Source: Actinomycetota bacterium (GTDB taxonomy: Bacteria > Actinomycetota > CADDZG01 > JAHWKV01 > JAOPZY01). Taken from it: a DNA stretch of 36,626 nt. This document shows, in pieces, positions 16,000-24,209 of the stretch. Under the pieces are notes generated by a model. It had not been told where the DNA came from. It saw only the letters and a program-made list of their open reading frames with translations, and did not search any database. Both the position numbers and the translations under genes were made by a program. Position 1 is the first letter of the stretch. Every line of letters begins with the position of its first letter. Where the stretch lies: NCBI GenBank assembly GCA_036781065.1, contig DAIQBQ010000001.1:1-36626 (forward strand), in the 5' to 3' direction.

Positions 16000-18099
16000 G
16001 TGAATACGCCTACCGAGACCGTCACAAAGCCAGCGGTGCCACCGGAGCGGCACAAGTCGGCCGCCAAGAGGCAGCCGATGTTGAACCCGGCCATTCTCAA
16101 GCGGGGCGTCGTCGATGCCGTACGCAAACTCGACCCCCGCCAGATGGCCAGCAACCCGGTGATGTTCGTGGTCGAGGTGGGCAGCGTGCTCACCACCGTC
16201 CTGTTCTTCACCGGACTGCACTCGTCGACGGCGGCGAGCAGCGTGTTCGTGGCACTGGTGTCGGTCTGGCTGTGGTTCACGGTGCTGTTCGCCAACTTCG
16301 CCGAGGCGGTGGCCGAGGGCCGGGGCAAGGCCCAGGCCGATACCCTGCGCAAGACCCGGTCGGAGACCGTCGCCTACTGCCGGCAGCCGGACGGGACGCT
16401 CGCCGAGAAGCCGTCGTCGCAGCTGACCATCGGCGACCTGTGCGTCGTCAGGCCCGGCCAGTTGATCCCGGGTGACGGCGAGATCGTCGAGGGCATCGCC
16501 TCGGTCGACGAGTCGGCGATCACCGGTGAGTCCGCCCCGGTGATCCGGGAGTCCGGGGGCGACCGCTCCTCGGTGACCGGCGGCACCCGGGTGCTCTCCG
16601 ACGAGATCGTTGTGCGGATCAGCTCGATGCCCGGCGAGAGCTTCCTCGACCGGATGATCTCCCTGGTCGAGGGGGCCAGCCGGCAGAAGACCCCGAACGA
16701 GATCGCCCTCAACATCCTGCTGGCCGGCCTGACGATCGTGTTCCTGCTGGCGGTGGTCACGCTGCAGCCGTTCGCCATGTACTCCCACGCCACCCAGACG
16801 ATCACGGTGCTGGTCGCCCTGCTTGTCTGCCTCATCCCGACGACGATCGGCGGCCTGCTTTCCGCTATCGGCATCGCCGGTATGGACCGTTTGGTGCAGC
16901 GCAACGTGCTGGCGATGAGTGGCCGGGCGGTCGAGGCCGCCGGCGACTGCTCGACGCTGCTGCTCGACAAGACCGGCACGATCACCCTCGGCAACCGGCA
17001 AGCCTGCGAATTCCTGCCGGTCGGCTCCGTCACCGAGGAAGAGCTGGCCGAAGCCTCGCTCATGTCGAGCCTGGCGGACGAGACCCCGGAGGGCCGGTCG
17101 ATCGTGGAGCTTGCCAAGACCGCGTACGGGCTGCAGGCCCAGGAGCTGGCCGACGCCACCCTGGTCGCCTTCACCGCCCAGACCCGGATGAGCGGGGTGG
17201 ACCTCCCGGGGCCGCAGCCGCGATCGATCCGCAAGGGGGCCGCCGACTCGGTCCGTCGCTGGGTCACCGAGCAGGGTGGCCACGTGCCCGATGGGTTGGA
17301 ACCCGTCGTGGCGACGATTGCCACCACCGGAGGGACGCCACTGGTGGTCGCTGACGGGACCCGGGTGCTCGGCGTGATCCACCTGAAGGACGTCGTGAAG
17401 TCGGGGATCTCCGAGCGCTTCGCCCAGCTCCGCAAGATGGGGATCCGCACGGTGATGATCACCGGCGACAACCCGCTGACCGCGGCGGCCATCGCCAAGG
17501 AGGCCGGGGTCGACGACTTTCTCGCCGAGGCCACCCCCGAAGACAAGATGGCCCTCATCAAGAAGGAGCAGCAGGGGGGCTTTCTGGTCGCCATGACCGG
17601 GGACGGGACCAACGATGCTCCGGCCCTCGCTCAGGCCGACGTCGGCGTCGCTATGAACACCGGCACCCAGGCAGCCAAAGAGGCGGGCAACATGGTTGAC
17701 CTCGACTCCAACCCGACCAAGCTGATGGAGATCGTTGAGATCGGCAAGCAGCTGCTGATCACCCGGGGGTCGCTGACGACGTTCTCTATCGCCAACGACG
17801 TCGCCAAGTACTTCGCGATCATCCCGGCGATGTTCCAGGGGGTGTTCCCGGCGTTGAAGACGCTCAACATCATGAAGCTGGCCAACCCGCACTCGGCGAT
17901 CCTGTCGGCGGTGATCTTCAACGCCCTGATCATCGTGGCGCTGATCCCGCTGGCGCTGAAGGGGGTCAAGTTCCGTCCGTTGGGGGCGGCGGCAGTGCTG
18001 CGCCGCAACCTGCTGATCTACGGGGTCGGCGGCGTCATCGCCCCGTTCGTTGGCATCAAGGCCATCGACCTGCTCATCGCCGCCCTGGGGGTGCATTAG
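16000..18099 (+). CDS. kdpB: K+-transporting P-type ATPase subunit B
   Basis: P-type ATPase motifs DKTGTIT, MITGDN and [10 protein letters not shown]. The GTG at 16000 lies 5 nt after GAGGAG. TTG at 15997 is an alternative start. Confidence 0.95.
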   Translation: MNTPTETVTKPAVPPERHKSAAKRQPMLNPAILKRGVVDAVRKLDPRQMASNPVMFVVEVGSVLTTVLFFTGLHSSTAASSVFVALVSVWLWFTVLFANFAEAVAEGRGKAQADTLRKTRSETVAYCRQPDGTLAEKPSSQLTIGDLCVVRPGQLIPGDGEIVEGIASVDESAITGESAPVIRESGGDRSSVTGGTRVLSDEIVVRISSMPGESFLDRMISLVEGASRQKTPNEIALNILLAGLTIVFLLAVVTLQPFAMYSHATQTITVLVALLVCLIPTTIGGLLSAIGIAGMDRLVQRNVLAMSGRAVEAAGDCSTLLLDKTGTITLGNRQACEFLPVGSVTEEELAEASLMSSLADETPEGRSIVELAKTAYGLQAQELADATLVAFTAQTRMSGVDLPGPQPRSIRKGAADSVRRWVTEQGGHVPDGLEPVVATIATTGGTPLVVADGTRVLGVIHLKDVVKSGISERFAQLRKMGIRTVMITGDNPLTAAAIAKEAGVDDFLAEATPEDKMALIKKEQQGGFLVAMTGDGTNDAPALAQADVGVAMNTGTQAAKEAGNMVDLDSNPTKLMEIVEIGKQLLITRGSLTTFSIANDVAKYFAIIPAMFQGVFPALKTLNIMKLANPHSAILSAVIFNALIIVALIPLALKGVKFRPLGAAAVLRRNLLIYGVGGVIAPFVGIKAIDLLIAALGVH

Positions 18100-18101
18100 C
18101 C

Positions 18102-18677
18102 ATGCGCCGCCAGCTACTCCCCGGGCTGCGGATGACCATCGTGCTCACCGTGTTGCTCGGCCTCGTGTACCCGCTCGTGATGACCGGCGTCGCTCAGGGC
18201 CTGTTCCCATCGAAGGCGAACGGGTCGTTGATCACGAAGGGCGGTGTGGTTGTGGGGTCGAGCTTGATCGGCCAGAACTTCACGTCGGCAAAATACTTCC
18301 AGCCCCGGCCGTCGTCGGCGGGCACCAACGGGTACGACCCTACGGGCAGCTCCGCTTCCAACCTCGGCCCGTCCAGCCACACGCTGCTGCGGGCGGTGGC
18401 CCAGCGGGTGGCGGCCTACCGGCAGGAGAACGGGCTGGCTGCGAACGCTCCGGTCCCCGTGGACGCCGTGACCGGCTCCGGGTCGGGCCTGGACCCGGAC
18501 ATCTCGGTGGCCAACGCCGACGACCAGGCGGCCCGGGTGGCCTCCGCGCGGGGCCTGCCGCTGTCGACGGTGATGGCGCTGGTCCGGGCCAACACCCGCG
18601 GCCGCCAGTGGGGGATCTTCGGCGAGACGACGGTCAACGTCCTGGAGCTGAACCTGGCCCTCGACGCCAGGCACTGA
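18102..18677 (+). CDS. kdpC: K+-transporting ATPase subunit C
   Basis: 191 aa. N-terminal TM helix [32 protein letters not shown]. Contains [10 protein letters not shown], the hallmark KdpC motif. Confidence 0.95.
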   Translation: MRRQLLPGLRMTIVLTVLLGLVYPLVMTGVAQGLFPSKANGSLITKGGVVVGSSLIGQNFTSAKYFQPRPSSAGTNGYDPTGSSASNLGPSSHTLLRAVAQRVAAYRQENGLAANAPVPVDAVTGSGSGLDPDISVANADDQAARVASARGLPLSTVMALVRANTRGRQWGIFGETTVNVLELNLALDARH

Positions 18678-18772
18678 GGCGACCCCGACGAACCCACTGC
18701 CGAGCTGGCGAGGACGGCATCGCTCAGGGCGCTGGTGTCGCGGAGGGGCGTGGGTCCCCAGGGGGGGTTCCT

Positions 18773-18823
18773 AGTTCTGTGCGCGATTGAGGACACTATT
18801 TGTCCCTGGACGCGCACAGAACT
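18773..18823. terminator. 13-bp perfect inverted repeat between convergent kdpC and the lipoprotein gene (bidirectional terminator or protein-binding palindrome)
   Basis: AGTTCTGTGCGCG (18773-18785) pairs with CGCGCACAGAACT (18811-18823) across a 25-nt spacer. The spacer holds an inner GGAC/GTCC pair. The element sits in a locally AT-richer patch. Confidence 0.5.
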
Positions 18824-18841
18824 TAGCTACTGTTCTTAAGG

Positions 18842-19739
18842 TCAGAGCTGGCCGTAGCTTGCGATGAACGCGTTCAGGATCGCTGTGCAGACCGCTCTCT
18901 GCGCCGCCGGGAGGGTGCAGGTCTCCACCCAGCTCCCGTTCCGGTTATCGGGGTAATAGGTCATCACCCCGTTGGCCGGGTTCTGCCCGCCGGACGGCGT
19001 CCCCGTTCCCGCCACCCCGGGCGGGTCCTGGAACGCGACGATCCCGGAGCTGACCGGCGAAGCGGTTTCCCCTGGGGGCGGGGTGGCGCACGGCTTTCCC
19101 AGGTAGCTCCGGTAGCTGCTTGCTGCCGAGGCGAACAGCGGGCACGCCTGGCCGAGGCCGCAGGTGTAGCAGGCCGAGGTCTGCGTCCCAATAACGGCCT
19201 CCGCCGCCGAGTTCGCCGGCACGGAAGCCCCGGGGAGCGGTTGGTCCGCCGGGTACACGGTGATCCCGCCGCTGCCGTCCGCCCCGTACTGTGCCTGGCA
19301 CGACCACCCGGCAGGTGCGAGCAGCTTGATCCGGCCCTGGCTGTCGCTGTAGGCGGCGAGGGTGGTCGACATCGACCCCGGCACCGCCGTCGAGAATGCT
19401 GTCGGTAGCGGGGCAGGGGATCGGATCGGCACTCCGTAGCTGGTCGGGCAGCTGACCAGGCGGAGGCTGACCTTCTTCAGGGCGGGGGGTCCAGGTGACA
19501 CCGTGGCCGCCGGCGACGATGACGGGGCCGGCGAAGGCAACATCACGGGCGACCGCGAAGCCACCGGCGAGGTCGGCCTCGCGCTCGGTGACGTGGTGCT
19601 CGGGGACAGCGGCGCTGCAGCAGGCCTCGACGAGCTGCAGCCGGCGAGGCCCACAAGCGCGACGACGGTTATGGCAAGGCAAACCTGACCCCGGCGCTGT
19701 GCCGGGCCCGCGCCCCGATGGCGACGGCAGGTGCCCCAT
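18842..19739 (-). CDS. Secreted Cys-rich lipoprotein, function unknown (start unresolved; possible frameshift)
   Basis: The reading frame ending at 18842 encodes ...QVCLAITVVALVGLAGCSSS (a lipobox), a Pro/Ser-rich linker and a ~220-aa domain with 10 Cys. No ATG, GTG or TTG lies in frame between the regulator stop (19768) and the signal peptide. The nearest ATG (19739) is in a different frame. Confidence 0.55.
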
Positions 19740-19767
19740 GGGCGTGGTTGTGCGCTCTCGGCGCCGG

Positions 19768-20790
19768 TCAGGACACCGGGCCGTTGCGGGTGAGGTCGTA
19801 CCCACCCAGCACCTCGAGCCGGCGTTTGAAGTTCTCGGAGTAGAACAGCTCCAGTAGCGCCCGGGCGCCGGGATGCTCCTGCCACTCCTGGGCGATCCGA
19901 AGCTCGACGGCGTGCTCCTCCAGCGGGGCGAAGACCAGCCCGTAGGCCAGAGCGGCCGACTCGATGGTCACGCCTACGTCGACCACACCGCTGGCGACCT
20001 GGCGGGCGGCTTCGAGGTGTCCGGCGGCGGACGGGCCCTTGAGCTTGCCGACGCCGCCGTACGGCGCCAGCGCCCGCTCCAGCGCCCGTTGCGATTCGGC
20101 GCCGTTCTCCCGGCGGGCAGCCTTGAGCTTGCCGGCGGCGAGCTGTTCGAGCTCGGCCGGGAGCCCAACCCGGGAGGCGAGTCCGACCCGCCAGCCGGCG
20201 AGGATGAACCGGCGTACCGGGCGGGAGCCCCGCTTGAGATGGCCCGGGCGACCGTGCACGACGGCGGCGTGGATGCGGCCGGCGTTCAAGGCATCGAGGG
20301 CCTCTGTACTGGAGGTGGTGGCGGTGACCAGGCGCTGCGGCCCAGCGGTCGGAAGCAGCGAGGAGGCGAGCCCGAGGGCCGGCTCGCAGCCGGCGACCGC
20401 GAACCCGGAGGGGTCGGCGTCCGCGAACAGCTCCACCCGGCCGTCGGTGAACAGCCCGTCGGCCCGGTCCCATGAGGTGACCGTGGCGCCCCGGTAGGGC
20501 AGCGGGTGGTAGGCGAGGACGTCGCCGACCCGCACCGCCAGGACCGGGACTGTGCCCGAGGGCACGACGCCCAGCATCGGGACCTGCGTCTCCTCGGTGC
20601 CCTCGGAGCCGAAGATCTCCTCGACGCTGGCGCCGAGCACGTCGGCGATGGCGAGGGCGGCTTTGACGCTCGGAACGTGGCGGTCGGTTTCAACGGCGGA
20701 GATCAGGGGCCGCGACAGCCGGCTGGCGGCGGCAAGCTCCGTCTGGGTCAGGCCCAACGCTCGCCTGCGCTCCGCGACCGAGTTACGCAT
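19768..20790 (-). CDS. XRE-family HTH regulator with C-terminal periplasmic-binding-protein-like (PBP-like) ligand domain
   Basis: N-terminus MRNSVAERRRALGLTQTELAAASRLSRPLISAVETDRHVPSVKAALAIADVLG is an HTH_3-type motif. It is followed by a ~250-aa domain resembling molybdate/anion-binding PBP-like domains that are fused to HTH regulators. Confidence 0.75.
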   Translation of the reverse strand: MRNSVAERRRALGLTQTELAAASRLSRPLISAVETDRHVPSVKAALAIADVLGASVEEIFGSEGTEETQVPMLGVVPSGTVPVLAVRVGDVLAYHPLPYRGATVTSWDRADGLFTDGRVELFADADPSGFAVAGCEPALGLASSLLPTAGPQRLVTATTSSTEALDALNAGRIHAAVVHGRPGHLKRGSRPVRRFILAGWRVGLASRVGLPAELEQLAAGKLKAARRENGAESQRALERALAPYGGVGKLKGPSAAGHLEAARQVASGVVDVGVTIESAALAYGLVFAPLEEHAVELRIAQEWQEHPGARALLELFYSENFKRRLEVLGGYDLTRNGPVS

Positions 20791-20797
20791 GTACGGG

Positions 20798-20803
20798 ATT
20801 GTA
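20798..20803 (-). promoter_or_regulatory. Candidate extended -10 box (TGcTACAAT) giving a leaderless regulator transcript
   Basis: Minus strand reads gggcTGCTACAATcccgtacATG. The hexamer lies 7 nt upstream of the ATG at 20790. No SD is present. Confidence 0.35.
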
Positions 20804-20839
20804 GCAGCCCGCTATGAATGCGCCCCGGGATCTACCCCG

Positions 20840-21412
20840 CTAAGTTGGCCGCGAAACCACCAGGTCAGGCGCGGCCGACGCGAAATCCAGCTGGTAGGAG
20901 AGCAGCCCCCAACCGTCGTCGGTGGCCGGGTCCTCCTCTGGGCCGGGGACCCGGCGGAACCCCAGGCCCTCGTACATCCGTTGCGCCGCCTTCATTATCG
21001 CCACGGTGTTGAGGGCGAGGCCGTCACCTCCGGCCTCGCGGGCGCGCTCGATGCAGGCCAGCGTCAGCCCCCGGCCAACACCCATGTGCCGGAAATCGGG
21101 GTGGACGGCCAGCGCCCGGACGTAGCCGTACCTTGGCGGCCACCACACCCAGGCACTCTCCTCGCCCGTCCGTTCCCGGACCGGCGGGTAGTAACTGACC
21201 GCACCGACCAAGCGTTCGCTAGTCTCCGCGACGACGACTGCCCCGCGCTGTGCTCGGCGCGCCACGTTTGCCAGGTCGTCCCGGTAGGAGCCCCAGTGTT
21301 CGTCGCCCAGGTCGGCGGCGTACTCCTGGTAGGCGGCGATGGTCAGTCGCGCCACCTCGGGGTACTCGCCGGCGGTGGCATCCCGGACCTGGAACGGGCC
21401 CGGGTCGCTCAT
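20840..21412 (-). CDS. GNAT family N-acetyltransferase
   Basis: 190 aa. Acetyl-CoA binding motif LAVHPDFRHMGVGRGL and C-terminal YEGLGF. Confidence 0.9.
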   Translation of the reverse strand: MSDPGPFQVRDATAGEYPEVARLTIAAYQEYAADLGDEHWGSYRDDLANVARRAQRGAVVVAETSERLVGAVSYYPPVRERTGEESAWVWWPPRYGYVRALAVHPDFRHMGVGRGLTLACIERAREAGGDGLALNTVAIMKAAQRMYEGLGFRRVPGPEEDPATDDGWGLLSYQLDFASAAPDLVVSRPT

Positions 21413-21473
21413 TCTGGTCCCGCTCCGCCTACGGCTCCGCTCTCGCTCCGTCCGGCCTTGGGCCGGTCTCCGC

Positions 21474-21728
21474 TCACCCCTGCTCCCGCACCGTCAGCTG
21501 GTCGTGGGGTTGGCTGGCGTCGAGGACGCCGGTGATGCCGCTTTCGACGAAGACGATGATGTCGCCGACGATCACGACCTCGTCGCCGGGGGAGGGGTGG
21601 TCGGTAAAGTTGACCTCGATGCGAGTCCCGACCCGGGACACCCGGATCTTCACCGCGGGGTTGAAGCGGACGGCAGCGTCGTAGGCCCGCTCCAGCACGC
21701 CGGCAGCTTCCTCGGTGACGCGTAGCAC
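21474..21728 (-). CDS. Small HesB/IscA-like fold protein lacking the Cys ligands (hypothetical)
   Basis: 84 aa. The GTG start lies 4 nt after a strong SD (GAGGAGG). The N-terminus (LRVTEEAAGVLERAY) resembles the IscA/HesB N-terminus. There is no C-terminal Cys motif. Confidence 0.55.
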   Translation of the reverse strand: MLRVTEEAAGVLERAYDAAVRFNPAVKIRVSRVGTRIEVNFTDHPSPGDEVVIVGDIIVFVESGITGVLDASQPHDQLTVREQG

Positions 21729-21774
21729 GGGGCCTCCTCGAAGTCTCCCTGCCGGAAGGGTCTGCCCGCCACAG

Positions 21775-21780
21775 TATCCT
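21775..21780 (+). promoter_or_regulatory. Candidate -10 box (TATCCT, TANNNT type) for a leaderless ychF-like transcript
   Basis: The hexamer lies 8 nt upstream of the ATG at 21789. No SD-like purine run lies in between. Confidence 0.25.
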
Positions 21781-21788
21781 GCCCGCCC

Positions 21789-22790
21789 ATGAAGTCAATC
21801 GGCATCACCGGCCCGCCGGGCAGCGGCAAGTCGACGCTGTGGCGGGCCATCGCCGGGGGCGCGGAGGGCGGCGCAGGCTCCGGCGGCCGCAAGGGGGAAC
21901 TGGCGGTCGTCGACGTGCCCGATCCGCGGCTCGAGGTACTGGCCGGGATGGAGCACTCGGCCAAGGAGGTGCCGATCCAGATCCAGGTCGTCGACGTCCA
22001 CGCGCTGGCCCGGACCCAGGCCGGCGCCCTCGGCGAGCTGCGGACGATGGATGCGCTCCTGCTGGTGCTTCCGGTCTTCGGCGGGCAGGAGCCTGGCTCC
22101 GAGGTCGCCGCGCTGGCCAGCTTCACGGACGACCTGATCCTGGCCGACCTCGGCCCGTTCGAGAACCGGCTGGCCCGGGCGCGCAAGGACCCGGCGGCGA
22201 GACCGGAGATCCCGGCGCTGGAGGCGGGACTGGCTCACCTCTCGGGTGGCAGCCCGCTCAGGGCAGCGGTGTGGGCGCCCGAGGAGTTGCGGGTCTTCGC
22301 CCCGCTGGCGCCGATCACGCTCAAGCCGCTGCTGGTGGTGCGCAACGCCGACGAGGCCGCCCTGACCTCGGCCCCGCCCGATCTGGGTACCACCTCGTTC
22401 ACCGCCAGCGCGGCGCTGGAGGCGGAGGTCGCCGGGCTCGACCCGGCCGAGGCCCGGGAACTGTTGTCGGCCTACGGGGTCGAGGAGCCGGTGCTCGGCC
22501 GGGTGATCGACGCGCTCTACCGCCTGCTCGACCTGATCACCTTCTTCACCGCCGGGGAGAAGGACTCGCACGCCTGGGAGGTCCGCCGCGGGGCCACCGC
22601 TCCGGAGGCGGCGGGAGTCATCCATAGCGACATCCAGCGGGGTTTTATACGGGCCGAGATCATCGGCTACGACGATCTGGTGGCCGCCGGGTCGTGGAAC
22701 GCGGCCAAGTCGAGCGGCACGCTGCGCCTCGAGGGCAAGGAGTACCGCATGGCCGAAGGCGATGTCTGCCACTTCCGCTTTGCGATCTAA
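21789..22790 (+). CDS. ychF: YchF/OLA1-like P-loop NTPase with degenerate G motifs
   Basis: The C-terminal region FFTAGEKDSHAWEVRRGATAPEAAGVIHSDIQRGFIRAEII...LRLEGKEYRMAEGDVCHFRF is the YchF TGS-like domain. A VPDPRL motif is present. The P-loop is GPPGSGKST. The expected DxxG position reads DVHA. Confidence 0.8.
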   Translation: MKSIGITGPPGSGKSTLWRAIAGGAEGGAGSGGRKGELAVVDVPDPRLEVLAGMEHSAKEVPIQIQVVDVHALARTQAGALGELRTMDALLLVLPVFGGQEPGSEVAALASFTDDLILADLGPFENRLARARKDPAARPEIPALEAGLAHLSGGSPLRAAVWAPEELRVFAPLAPITLKPLLVVRNADEAALTSAPPDLGTTSFTASAALEAEVAGLDPAEARELLSAYGVEEPVLGRVIDALYRLLDLITFFTAGEKDSHAWEVRRGATAPEAAGVIHSDIQRGFIRAEIIGYDDLVAAGSWNAAKSSGTLRLEGKEYRMAEGDVCHFRFAI

Positions 22791-22849
22791 CCGGTCCGCC
22801 TGGGTATGATCCGGCGGTCCAAAGGCCATTCCTTGCTGGGGGAGTTGTG

Positions 22850-23866
22850 ATGAGACGCCGGAACGTTCGCCGGCCGCGGGTCGGCACCATGATCGCCGCG
22901 TTGGCATTCGCGGCCGTCCTGACCGCGGTTGACGCCGTGCTGGTCGCTGGCGCGGGGGCGCAGACGACGCCGGTCACCGTCACGGTCACGTCGTCGCTGA
23001 ACCCGTCAACCTACGGTCAGTCAGTGACCTTCAAGGCTTCAGTGTCGTCGATCGGCGGTTTGCTCGGCCAGGGGACGGTGCAGTTCCAGATCGACGGCGC
23101 CAACGCCGGAGGCGCCCAGGCGGTGGCTCTTGGGTCGGCGAGCTACACCACGTCGGGGCTCGGTGGCGGCAACCATTCGGTGACCGCCAACTACACGTCG
23201 ACGAACGGGAACGGGTCGGGCAGCGTGGCCCAGGTCGTCAACAAGGCGGGGACGGCACTGAAACTGAGCTCTTCGGCCAACCCGGCGCCGGCCGGCGGCT
23301 CGGTGGTCCTGACCGCCACGATCTCGGTGAACGGCCCGGGGGCCGGCTCACCGTCCGGCACCGTGGCGTTTGTCGCTGGGAATACTGCCCTGGGCAGCGT
23401 CAACGCCACCCAGGGCCAGGCCTACCTGACCGTGTCCCCAGGCATGCTTCCGGGCGGGACCAGCTCGATCACCGCCGCCTACGCCGGCAACAGCGACTTC
23501 AACGGAAGCTCCTCGAGCCTGTCGCAGACCATCAGCGGCGCAGGGGCACAGCCGACGCCGTCCAAGACGCCGACGCCGACCAAGACCCCTTCCCCGAAGC
23601 CGACGCCGTCGAAGACGCCGACACCGACCAAGACGCCCACGCCGTCCCCGAGTCCTTCGCCCAGTTTCCTGGTGGCCCCAACGCCGAGCTACACCTTCGC
23701 CACCTCGTACCCCACCGCCTTCCCGGTGGCGGTCAGCCCCTCACCGAAAGCCTCGGCGGCATCGAAGAACTCCAAGCTGCCGCTGGTGGCACTGGTCGTG
23801 CTCATCGTGGTGATCATCGGGGCGGCGGTGGTTGTGTCGCTGCGGCGCCGACGCTTAGGCGTGTAG
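22850..23866 (+). CDS. Surface protein: signal peptide, two Ig-like (Big_3_5-type) repeats, Pro/Thr-rich linker, C-terminal TM anchor
   Basis: The ATG at 22850 lies 5 nt after GGGGGAG. N-terminus is MRRRNVRRPRVGTMIAALAFAAVLTAV. Repeats are of the type SSLNPSTYGQSVTFKASV...GTVQF and SSSANPAPAGGSVVLTATI...GTVAF. The linker reads TPSKTPTPTKTP... The C-terminus is LPLVALVVLIVVIIGAAVVVSLRRRR, with no LPXTG. Confidence 0.85.
   Translation: MRRRNVRRPRVGTMIAALAFAAVLTAVDAVLVAGAGAQTTPVTVTVTSSLNPSTYGQSVTFKASVSSIGGLLGQGTVQFQIDGANAGGAQAVALGSASYTTSGLGGGNHSVTANYTSTNGNGSGSVAQVVNKAGTALKLSSSANPAPAGGSVVLTATISVNGPGAGSPSGTVAFVAGNTALGSVNATQGQAYLTVSPGMLPGGTSSITAAYAGNSDFNGSSSSLSQTISGAGAQPTPSKTPTPTKTPSPKPTPSKTPTPTKTPTPSPSPSPSFLVAPTPSYTFATSYPTAFPVAVSPSPKASAASKNSKLPLVALVVLIVVIIGAAVVVSLRRRRLGV
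23552..23647 (+). repeat. Tandem 48-nt duplication encoding the PT-rich linker
   Basis: Unit 1 (23552-23599, ccgacgccgtccaagacgccgacgccgaccaagacc...) and unit 2 (23600-23647, ccgacgccgtcgaagacgccgacaccgaccaagacg...) are near-identical. Both encode PTPSKTPTPTKTP. Confidence 0.8.
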
Positions 23867-23918
23867 CGGCCTGGGTGTCCGGCCGGCGGCGCCAGCGGCT
23901 TGGCGTTGTAGCCGGGTT

Positions 23919-24209
23919 TCAGCCGGCCAGGCGATCGATCTCGCCGGCCACGGCGAAGTCGTCGGCGGTCAGGCCGCCGGCCGAGTGCGAGGTGAGGGCG
24001 AGGACGACCCGGCCCCAGCCGATCTCGAAATCGGGGTGGTGGTTCTGCCGCTCGGCCAGCAACGCCACCCGGGTGGCGAACCCGAAGGCGTCCCGGAAGT
24101 CACCGAAGCTGAACCGTCGGGTGAGCAGGGCTGTGCCGTCCCGCTCCCAGCCCGGGTGGAGCGAGCGCTGCAGCTCTGCGGCTGCGTCTTCAGTGAGGAG
24201 GTCGCTCAC
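23919..24209 (-). CDS. 4a-hydroxytetrahydrobiopterin (pterin-4a-carbinolamine) dehydratase
   Basis: 96 aa from the GTG at 24209. The sequence ...RRFSFGDFRDAFGFATRVALLAERQNHHPDFEIGWGRVVLALTSH matches the PCD/DCoH signature (HHPD). The GTG overlaps the bpa stop (GTGA, 24206-24209). The longer 184-aa ORF would overlap bpa and is rejected. Confidence 0.85.
   Translation of the reverse strand: MSDLLTEDAAAELQRSLHPGWERDGTALLTRRFSFGDFRDAFGFATRVALLAERQNHHPDFEIGWGRVVLALTSHSAGGLTADDFAVAGEIDRLAG

Noticed and set aside
15979-18096. 705-aa ORF antisense to kdpB, together with the 610-aa ORF 14520-16352 antisense to kdpA
   Set aside because: Their translations are Arg/Gly/Asp/His-rich low-complexity sequence with no motifs. 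They are the mirror-frame artefacts expected in high-GC DNA. The sense strand encodes unmistakable KdpA and KdpB.
19772-20473. Upstream two-thirds of the 543-aa ORF 18842-20473
   Set aside because: This part lies entirely inside the well-supported XRE-PBP regulator gene in another frame, and it translates to Arg/Gly/Pro-rich sequence. Only the part downstream of about 19770 looks like a real secreted protein.
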